Assembly (NCBI GenBank): GCA_051530055.1
Contig: CM121343.1
Span: 3,008,389 to 3,072,388, forward strand
DNA from: Neoechinorhynchus agilis
Taxonomy: Eukaryota; Animalia; Acanthocephala
Reading direction: 5' to 3'
DNA: 64,000 nt
The notes under the pieces were generated by a model that ran no database searches, was not told the DNA's origin, and saw nothing but the letters and a program-made list of their open reading frames with translations. Position numbers and translations under genes: made by a program. This document shows, one piece after another, positions 1-9,608 of the stretch (positions are counted from its first letter, which is position 1; each line of letters begins with the position of its first letter).

Positions 1-365
1 TGTCAAAGTTTTAGACTAAAACTTCAAATTCAAAAACGTGGACGAATCGCATTCGACCACCGTGATGATTAGGCAATAACAAAGATTCGGTGCCACTTTA
101 AAACGTGGACTAACTCGATGGAATATAGTTGCCGAGATGACCTGGAATGAAATGCATTTTCTATCTGACACAGAGTAGCAGCGTGATGATGACCCAGACT
201 GACATTTGCAACAGTCTAATCGTTGCCAATATTCCTGATATTTGTGTTGGAGCAGCACATGTGTAATCGTGTGGGAAACGGTGTAGGCGTAGCGTATTGG
301 ATATCGGTCAGCAGTTGTAGCGCTTTATAAACAAGTTGCAACGTTAAATAGGGCAAAGTTATTTG

Positions 366-2798
366 AAATGGAGACATTCCAGTGGGTTGCACTGGTGGGA
401 CCTTCGTGGATATTCCTATCTGTCTAATCAAGGAAATCGATACATTCCACTGGGCTGGATTATTGGGACCTTCATGGATATTCCTATCTGTCTAATCACG
501 AAAATCGATACATTCCACTGGGCTGGATTGGTGGGACCTTCATGGATATTCCTATCTGTCTAATCAAGGAAATGGATACATTCCAATGGGCCGAATTGGT
601 GGGACCTTCGCGGATATTCCTATCTCTCTAATCACGAAAATCGATATATTCCAGTGAGTTGGATTGGTGGGACCTTCGTGGATATTCCTATCTCTCTAAT
701 CAAGGAAATGGATACATTCCAATGGGCTGGATTGGTGGGACCTTCATGGATATTCCTATCTCTCAATCAAGGAAATGGATACATTCCACTGGGCTGGATT
801 ATTGGGACCATCGTGGATATTCCTATCTGTCTAATCACGAAAATGGATACATTCCAATGGGCCGAATTAGTGGGACCTTGGTGGATATTCCTATCTGTCT
901 AATCACGAAAATCGATACATTCCAGTGAGTTGGATTGGTGGGACCTTCATGGATATTTCTATCTGTATAATCACGAAAATGGAAACATTTCAATGGGCTG
1001 GATTAGTGGGACCTTCATGAATATTCCTATCTGTCTAATCAAGGAAATGGATACATTCCAATGGGCTGGATTGGTGGGACCGTCGTGGATATTTCTATCT
1101 CTCTAATCACGAAAATGGATACATTCCAATGGGCCGAATTGGTGGAACCTTGGTGGATATTCCTATCTGTCTAATCAAGGAAATGGATACATTCCAGTGG
1201 GCCGAATTGTTGGGACCTTCGTGGATATTTCTATCTGTCTAATCACGAAAATGGAAACATTCCAGTGGGCTGGATTGGTGGGACCTTCGTGGATATTCCT
1301 ATCTCTCTAATCACGAAAATGGATACATTCCAGTGGGCCGAATTGGTGGGACCTTGGTGGATATTCCTATCTGTCTAATCAAGGAAATGGATACATTCCA
1401 GTGGGCCGGATTGGTGGGACCTTCGTGGATATTCCTATCTGTCTAATCAAGGAAATGGATACATTCCACTGGGCTGGATTGGTGGGACCTTCGTGGATAT
1501 TTCTATCTGTCTAATCACGAAAATGGATACATTCCAGTGGGCCGAATTGGTGGGACCTTCGTGGATATTCCTATCTGTCTAATCAAGGAAATGGATACAT
1601 TCCAATGGGCTGGATTGGTGGGACCTTCGTGGATATTCCTATCTCTCTAATCACGAAAATGGATACATTCCAATGGGCCGAATTGGTGGGACCTTGGTGG
1701 ATATTCCTATCTGTCTAATCAAGGAAATGGATACATTCCAGTGGGCCGAATTGTTGGGACCTTCATGGATATTCCTATCTGTCTAATCACGAAAATGGAT
1801 ACATTCCAGTGGGCTGGATTGGTGGGACCTTCGTGGATATTCCTATCTGTCTAATCAAGGAAATGGATACATTCCAATGGGCTGGATTGGTGGGACCTTC
1901 ATGGATATTCCTATCTGTCTAATCCAGGAAATGGATACATTCCAGTGGGCTGGATTGTTGGGACCTTCGTGGATATTCCTATCTGTCTAATCACGAAAAT
2001 GGATACATTCCAGTGGGCTGGATTATTGGGACCTTCGTGGATATTCCTATCTGTCTAATCCAGGAGATGGATACATTCCAGTGGGCTAGACTGGTGGGAC
2101 CTCGTGGATATTCCTATCTGTCTAATCCAGGAAATGGATACATTCCAGTGGGCTGGATTGGTGGGACCTTCGTGGATATTCCTATCTGTCTAATCCAGGA
2201 GATGGATACATTTCGCTGGGCTAGACTGGTGGGACCTTCGTGGATATTTCTATCTCTCTAATCACGAAAATGGATACATTCCAATGGGCCGAATTGGTGG
2301 GACCTTGGTGGATATTCCTATCTGTCTAATCCAGGAGATGGATACATTCCAGTGGGCCGAATTGGTGGGACCTTGGTGGATATTCCTATCTGTCTAATCA
2401 CGAAAATGGATACATTCCAATGGGCCGGATTGGTGGGACCTTCATGGATATTCCTATCTGTCTAATGCAGGAAATGGATACATTCCAGTGGGCCGGATTA
2501 ATGGGACCTTCGTGGATATTCCTATCTGTCTAATCACGAAAATGGATACATTCCAGTGGGCCGGATTGGTGGGACCTTGGTGGATATTCCTATCTGTCTA
2601 ATCCAGGAGATGGATACATTCCAATGGGCCGAATTGGTGGGACTTTAGTGTATATTCCTATCTGTCTAATCCAGGAGATGGATACATTTCGCTGGGCTAG
2701 ACTGGTGGGACCTTCGTGGATATTCCTATCTGTCTAATCCAGGAGATGGAAACATTCCAGTGGGCTGGATTGGTGGGACCTTTGTGGATATTCGTATC
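366..2798. repeat. 68-bp tandem minisatellite, about 36 copies
   Basis: Unit GGATATTCCTATCTGTCTAATCAAGGAAATGGATACATTCCAGTGGGCTGGATTGGTGGGACCTTCGT. Equivalent positions recur at 1381, 1449 and 1517 (period 68). Variant blocks AAGGAAATGG, ACGAAAATGG and CAGGAGATGG. Confidence 0.97.
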
Positions 2799-3452
2799 CG
2801 GGCCGATCTCCTAAGTTGCATGAGTGTATATGGAGCGCCTAAGGTGTTCATTGGTGCCCCTTTTGATCGCTGCGGTTACTGATAGTCACTCTTCACGAGC
2901 GTGTTCGTTGGTATCCGCCGTGGATCGTCCATAGTTGCACACGACGAACTGACTCGTCTCACTTGATATCAAATCTTTTGTCCCTGTCTTTCTTCACATG
3001 TAATTCAGCGATCATCACCGTCGCCGTCGTCTTTGAGATACCGATCATCGCCGACTGTACATCGTGGCAAGTGCTGTAACTCTAGTCGACTAGATAAAAT
3101 CACTTTACGTCCGCCTGCCCAGTCGCAAGTGACCACCGCCAAACTTTTATCCTATCGCCCGTCCACACGCACACCACAGCACTTGCGCGCGTCGTCCGGA
3201 ATAAAACCGAACAGTTTCAAATTATGCTAAATAGAGTCGCGACAAACTTGGGAATTTATTAGCTCAACACCGACACATCAAACCCGACAATCTGCTTAAG
3301 GAATTCCATCTCAACCGCATAGTCCTGCCTTTGTGAATGCGTTTCCAGCTCAAATCGAGAACTAAGAGCTTCTTCAAATCCGAACCGTTCCGTTTTCAGA
3401 TACGGAACCATCGATATTGCAGAAAAAGGAGCAGTGGACACAATGCAGAACA

Positions 3453-6400
3453 ATGTATTATGAACATGTTCCTCGAATCACCGACACAACAAAACCCATC
3501 AAACGTCAAATCAGGCAATTGCCATTGAATTTATTGAGACTTTTATATGTAGTCTCCAGGGTTCAATCCTCTTCAATGTTAAGGCCACTACAACAGTGCG
3601 ACGCTCCCTTGTTAACAAAAGAAACGTCGCTTCGGTTCCAATCAAGTGACCGTTGGATACAATCTGAGTCGCCACTTTGTCCATTCGTGTCCACCTCTGG
3701 TAAAGTACAAATCCAAGCTGAGCTTGGTAGCCTTTACGTTATCACCAAAATCATTGTATATATATCGCACCCGAAGGTGAGCTGTAAAACTTTTTCTGCA
3801 AATTCGAAATTAAGTCGCTACCGCTGGGTTTTTTTAATGTTCCCTCAATAATTCACCCTCAAATATTTGCGTTCTCACAAAAACTCATTCGGTAATTTCA
3901 TTTTGTGTCCGCCAGTGAAGTAATAAAGGAACTTTCAGCAGATTTTATTCATCTATTTGCAAAGTAATAAAAGCGTTATAGTTTTGTAATACAGTCGGTG
4001 ATGATTTGTCTAAGTACGCGTGGATATCAGTTGCTCAGTGATCCAAACACTGTGAGAGTTTTGAGCAACTAATATGTTTTCAAATTGTAGTTTCTTAGGT
4101 AAGAAGTTTTGAGCGGACAAATCTAAAAACCGTAGCGTCGTTTTAAAAATAGCAAAACAACACAATGCATTCCGTTTTACTTTTAGAAAGTGCACTTAAC
4201 ACTTGGCCAATGCTTCGATATTCAATACGCAAGGAAAGGTTTCCCTGTACAGACTAGTAGATTTATAAACTATCCGCCGTTTCGAATCCCTTGTTTAAAC
4301 AAACAGTCAGAAAAGTGCAACTACAGCGACAGGAAAGGCTCTTCAATTGTGACAATGACTTTGGATCCAACAATCGTCGCTTCGACCGTTATACTCTCGG
4401 AATGCAACAGCAGTACAGACAAAGGAAAGACTACTTTGAATAAGGTTCAATCCTATTCCAATCCATGCGTACAATTTGAGATATATGGTTGTAGATTTTC
4501 GGATGGTGTGTTGTCTTATGAGTACCTTACCCTTCCAGACCTGGCGGATGATACGTTCGACGGCATAAATTCAATGATGCGTACAATTGAACCAGGACTT
4601 GGTCAGCTCACTGACGGATTGCTCGGAAACGATAACTATGCAACCAAAACACCGGGAAATCAATTTGAATGGGTCGGTTGGAAAAACCATTCGTCTTCAC
4701 CATTCGCTTCGATTTTATTTACATTTGATATTGTTCGTAATTTCTCACATGTGATGGTACATTCGAACAATTTCTTCACTCACGGAGTTGAAATCCTAGA
4801 CAGTGCTGTAGTGTATTTTGCTAAAATTGAAAAAGGTCATGCGTCCTGTGTGCAGACAAACCTCGGTCGACGCGATCTGAAAGCAAATCATGAAAATATC
4901 GTTCATAAGGAAGCTAGGGATCACAATTTCGATATGGCACGCCCTGTTATGATAAATCTTGAAAACAAAATCGGTCAATGTGTTCGTATCGATATGTACG
5001 GCTCTTCTGAATGGTTGCTAGTAAGCGAAGTGATTTTCGAGTCCACTCCTGTAACGAGCGAGTACAACCATCGAGTGCATATTTTAGGTAAAGGAGCGAT
5101 CGATAATGATAATCTGGTATCAAGTCGATTTCTTTGGAACGACACAATAATTGGTATTGGAGTCGCTTTCCTTTTGAGCCTAATCATCTTAGTGAGTTTA
5201 ATTGTTATGTGGTATGTGCAAAGCCCAAGACGTTCAATAAGACCATACGGTCGGGCAGCTACAGAGCACAGTAACCGTACCGAGACACGTGCCAAAGCTA
5301 AATATTTTAATCACCATACGTCGACATATTCAAGGAATCATCACTTCGAATATGGGGTAACAATTCAAAGTGACCTCGAAATGTCGCCGGTACCTTTTGG
5401 ATATGGGAAATCTTGTACTAGCTGCACTTCGTCCAGAATGACTAATGGTAACACTTGTCGAATGGTGTCTTCAACCGAAACCAGTCCAATGATACTACAT
5501 TACCACAAAAAGACCTCCATGCCGACTTGCAAATGTACACCGACCCAAATGATAATGCCGAGGTTTTCGGGACTCCATGGGAGTTGCTGTTCATGTAAAC
5601 CTATAATTCATCAAGGTAATCGCCGCCACCAAAGCGATATAAATGCATTGAACACCGAGGAAAGTGACACGTACGCATATCCCACCCTGCCGTTCAGCAA
5701 CCGCGCATGGCTTGCAACTTTTTCACCACATCAATCATCATCATCTATTCGTCTACTTGATGAATCCTATACATTTCATGAACCACTTCGCAGTACACGA
5801 CCAGTAGTGCCTATTTTCAAACTCGTTGGACAAAATATCCACGTCTACCAATATGTTAGTAATGGTTATCAGTCCGGTCAATGGCTCGTGAAAATATTGC
5901 GACATACTGCATCAAAGGCAGCCAAGAATTCATTCGATCGAACCGCAAATATCTATCAAGCTCTATTAAGTGATTCAAATTTGACAAAGCACGTTTCATC
6001 GTTTGTTATAAATGCAAATGTTTTCATAAATAATATTGCCACCAAAGCCCTTATTCTCGATTATCCAACGAATAGTTTTGAACTTCGATCTTTCTTATCC
6101 GAACAATTCTATCCTCATGTTCGCAGCAAAGGTTGGTTAATAAGCAATTCTACATGTGACGATCAATCACATGAAATAATCAAAATCCTAATTAGACCTG
6201 CCACTCAATTAGCACAAGCCTTGAATTTTCTTCAAAGTATTAACTGTCTACATTGTGACGTTGCTTTACATTCATGCACGGCTTGGTGGACTTGTCACCA
6301 GGAAGGTCTTTTCTCAACAAAACTAATGGATTACGGTCTTTTGAATAGACCCGGATATGAATCCTGCTATTATCGATTTAATGCGACACCGTCGTCCTCC

Positions 6401-6907
6401 ACGAATTCAAGTGATAACCGCTGTAATCGTGAAACAGGCGAGATTGCTTTTTATCAAATCCCGCTTAGATGGCTTCCATTCGATTTGATAGCAAATAGCT
6501 GTCGAGATGATTGTCAGGTGAGTGCTATAAACATCTTTTTGTGACCTACTTTCGCTTAGACTTTTGGACCAGGAAACACATATACTGTAAAATCAACAAT
6601 TTGGTCATACGGAGTAACTTTATGGGAAATGCTCCAATTGGGCAAACACATGCCGTTTGCACAGTTTACGGATCAGCAGTTGATTGATTGTGCTTGCATG
6701 GAATTAAGCACTGGCGAGTACAACCAAAATGACAATAAAAAGGACATTATTGGCAATCGATCGGCTACCCATTTGCTTGGTAGACCGTATATATGCTCAG
6801 ATCATATATTTGAACTCATTGATCAATGTTTAAGTTTTGTGGAAGATAATCGCCCAGAGTACAAAGAGATCGTTGCCAAATTTAATCGCAGTGATTCGTG
6901 TGTTTAA
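3453..6907 (+). CDS. DDR: Discoidin domain receptor (DDR1/2-like) RTK with degenerate kinase domain
   Basis: Exons about 3453-3776, 3995-4051, 4187-6517 and 6560-6907, all joined by in-frame GT-AG introns (the middle exon is less certain). Motifs: CVQFEIYGC, GLGQLTDG, EWVGW, FTFDIVRNFSHVMVHSNNFFTHGV (DS-like domain), TM helix IIGIGVAFLLSLIILVSLIVMWYV, kinase C-lobe IPLRWLPFD and STIWSYGVTLWEML. Confidence 0.9.
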
Positions 6908-7567
6908 TCCTGAGTTGAAAATAATATTTTGTATAGAACAGACATCGAATAATCAATTATTTTGAGTGAAACCATTTTTATGGTGATTGCATTTATATGC
7001 ATGCAAATTATGGAACTTTTAACCTAGTTAAATATCAATTCTTATTATCCATTTTCTTCGGCGTGCCTCGTTGACTAATTCAGCGTAAATCTAAAAATCA
7101 TCATTAAGTTATAGACGAATGTCGCTTAATCATTTCATCGATATATTTAACATCAAACGCTCACGGCTTGTAAAATTTATACATTCATTTGCTATTTTTA
7201 CGAGCAACAAACTTTTTTCTATAAAAAATATAAACGTTCCTCGGTCATTTTCCCGAAATTTGCTTCTTACCACTGTGGCCGTGTTGCGCTTTCATTTTTT
7301 AAGAAAAATAACGGAAAGCTGAATGTTTCGGGTATTTGGCTTGCTCATTTTCAGCAATCATCATTAAATTTTGGTTGGTCCCTTATTGTCCTGCTTATTT
7401 TTAGGCGTAAAGCCAAACAAATTGTATCAGAGAAAGCGCTGACCCTGAGTCGAAAAACTAGCTTAGTTTGACATTCCGTAGTTGTGTCGAGTTTGCCAGT
7501 AAAACTTTTAATAGGAACTCGGTGTCTCTTTTAAATGATAACAGTGTTGTCCCTTATATCGATGTGT

Positions 7568-7833
7568 GGCTGTTAATTTTTGGCCACACAGCCCACCGAC
7601 CTTGATCAGAGAAGTAATTCAATTACTCAATGCACTGAACCATCCGGTAAAAGAGTTTGTACATTCCTCCGGATCCTCAGATACCTCCAGGAGGCGGGAC
7701 TCATCATTAAGTTTCCCCCCTTCAGCGATATTTCGTCCCCTTTGGTTATGCGTCATTGGTGGTAACGGATTCGAACCACTCGACCCTTAATCGGGATCAC
7801 GGACATTAGTCCACTTGACCACCTCTACACAAC
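7568..7833 (-). mobile_element. tRNA-headed SINE family 1, copy 1, with scrambled hammerhead-like domain
   Basis: Minus strand has A-box TGGTCAAGTGG (7811-7821) and B-box GGTTCGAATCC (7767-7777). The body is homologous to 23313-23534 (+) and 44834-45054 (-). Confidence 0.85.
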
Positions 7834-7959
7834 CCTGTTGAATATGATTTAAAAATTCAATGTTTTACCCAGAAATTACTAAAACATTTAACTTCTAATT
7901 ATCGTTTTTAGAATTAACTCAAAATTCAAAGAACCTAGCTTAATCTGCCGTGTACTAAT

Positions 7960-8150
7960 CTAACTCGGTAAATGATCTTTTTTCGATTAAAAACTTTCTT
8001 CGAACCTCGTAAGGTGTTCATCATCACTTTGTTACGATTCATCTATAGACGATGTTCACCGAACGTTTTTTATAAAAAAAATCATTTACCGGGTGAAGAA
8101 GACCTAAACAATAATTCCAACCTCCTCTCACATATCGACATAATCAAAAA
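7960..8150. mobile_element. PLE-type pseudo-LTR fragments in inverted arrangement with decayed minimal hammerhead
   Basis: The minus strand of 7965-8030 reads GTGATGATGAACACCTTACGAGGTTCGAAGAAAGTTTTTAATCGAAAAAAGATCATTTACC, homologous to 46698-46760 and 61179-61235. A second, plus-strand piece of the same family follows at about 8065-8150. Confidence 0.55.
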
Positions 8151-8363
8151 CCACTGTAGATTTTTGAGGGTGCAACGGAGCAAAGATAAAACTCAGTATA
8201 ATTTCAATTTACACCGACGATCCACAAAAGTGTTTAACATCGTTTCACGTGATGCTTCAATGACGAGTATTTATATTTTTCCGTTCAACAAAGAAATCGC
8301 TCCATCAACGCAATTTAGTTTTATATAGAATTATTCGGTGTAAACTTAAAAGCAATTTAAGTT

Positions 8364-9500
8364 TTAAAGTTCCAGCGTCTTAGAGGTATCTTGCAAGTCA
8401 TGTATGAGCTTCTCGAACACGTCAATATTTGATCTAGAGTTTTCCATATCTCGATGAATGGTGCATAATAAGTCCAACAATGGAATTTTTCGATTTGCAT
8501 AATTGTTTGCCATTCGAGGAATACTACGAGACAAATTGAAAATTGGCCAATAAGGATTTTCGTGAATAACTGCATTATAGGAGTGTTTTTTATTTTCACA
8601 AATAAAGGCACAACATCCTTTAACGAGTCTAGCTGGTATGTTTTCCTCTTGTTTACTGACCGGAAGGGTAGATTTGCTTGCTTGACCTGCATCATTTAAC
8701 AGCCATAGATTATTCAAATTCTTTTCATTTGTGGGTTTATCGCGATTCTTAACGAAAGCAAGTCCTTTGCGGTTACCGTGACTTTTCGCCACTGTACTAT
8801 TATTCTCGGATTTTAACGCTGAGGTAGCCTCCGAATTAAAAGATTCCATTCTATATGTCACACTGGCTTCGATGTGTAAAGTGTTGATAAGACAACTGGC
8901 AATTACAATTTGTTTTTTCTCACCCGTCATCCAATTTTTGGGAGTAAGGTTCGATCCAAGCATAAGATCCTCCTTCGTTTGGTCATAATATGCTATGTAA
9001 ATCTTCAATTTCTTTTTCTTAGATTTCTTGAACGTCGGGAGAGCCCTTGAAATTACAATAAGCGACTTAACGATTGTTGAAAGGCGTTCATATGCCGTGA
9101 TTAACTTAGTCTGCTTCGGTAAAGAGCATGACATTAAATTTGGTGACCAACCAATCGCCCATTGTTCAGCCATTATGCCAGGAATCTTCAAGCTTAAGAA
9201 TCTTGATGAATTCTGAACTATGTTATCATCAGCGATTTCAACTGATATGACTACCCGATGTTTGCCATTTGTCATTCTAGTTGCCAGGCGTTGAAAATCT
9301 ATCGAATCCATTTGTGTTGGGTGATGCAGTGTGGTCTTGACATTGAACCAAGGAGGAGTGTTCGGATTTATACGGATATTATTCGGTGATTTATGATTTT
9401 TAATTCGAGATTCAACAATCACGTCTGCACATTTCTTTAGAAAATGCGTCAAATACATTAGATCGGATGATGCATGTTTTGGTCTCGAATTGAAATCCAT
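8364..9500 (-). CDS. ATG13: Autophagy-related protein 13 (HORMA domain), intronless
   Basis: FLKKCADVIVESRI...WFNV...AYERLSTIVKSLIVISRALPTFKKSK matches the ATG13 HORMA pattern (KTVQVIVQARL...WFNL...[26 protein letters not shown]). 378-aa ORF. Confidence 0.85.
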   Translation of the reverse strand: MDFNSRPKHASSDLMYLTHFLKKCADVIVESRIKNHKSPNNIRINPNTPPWFNVKTTLHHPTQMDSIDFQRLATRMTNGKHRVVISVEIADDNIVQNSSRFLSLKIPGIMAEQWAIGWSPNLMSCSLPKQTKLITAYERLSTIVKSLIVISRALPTFKKSKKKKLKIYIAYYDQTKEDLMLGSNLTPKNWMTGEKKQIVIASCLINTLHIEASVTYRMESFNSEATSALKSENNSTVAKSHGNRKGLAFVKNRDKPTNEKNLNNLWLLNDAGQASKSTLPVSKQEENIPARLVKGCCAFICENKKHSYNAVIHENPYWPIFNLSRSIPRMANNYANRKIPLLDLLCTIHRDMENSRSNIDVFEKLIHDLQDTSKTLEL

Positions 9501-9608
9501 TACTTTTTTAAGCTTTCATATCTGAAATGAGTGCTGTGCACGTGAAGTGAGGTGGTTTTTGAATTAAACACTTCTGAATAATGCTCCCTTATTATTATTC
9601 TATTCGAA

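Noticed and set aside
16-360. Short minus-strand ORFs at the window edge
   Set aside because: No recognisable motifs and no supportable splice model.
363-2261. ORFs within the 68-bp array
   Set aside because: The unit is not a multiple of 3 and stops recur; these are repeat artefacts.
366-2798. CRISPR array
   Set aside because: Head-to-tail units with no unique spacers, in a eukaryotic context.
7671-7745. HDV-like ribozyme reading of SINE family 1 (GUCCC-GCC-UCCUCG resembles HDV P2-P3-L3)
   Set aside because: There is no downstream GGGAC to close P2, no P1.1 GG and no G at the start of P1. The hammerhead reading explains more conserved positions.
7760-7833. Functional tRNA gene
   Set aside because: A and B boxes are present, but acceptor and anticodon stems do not form and the sequence continues into a dispersed repeat body.
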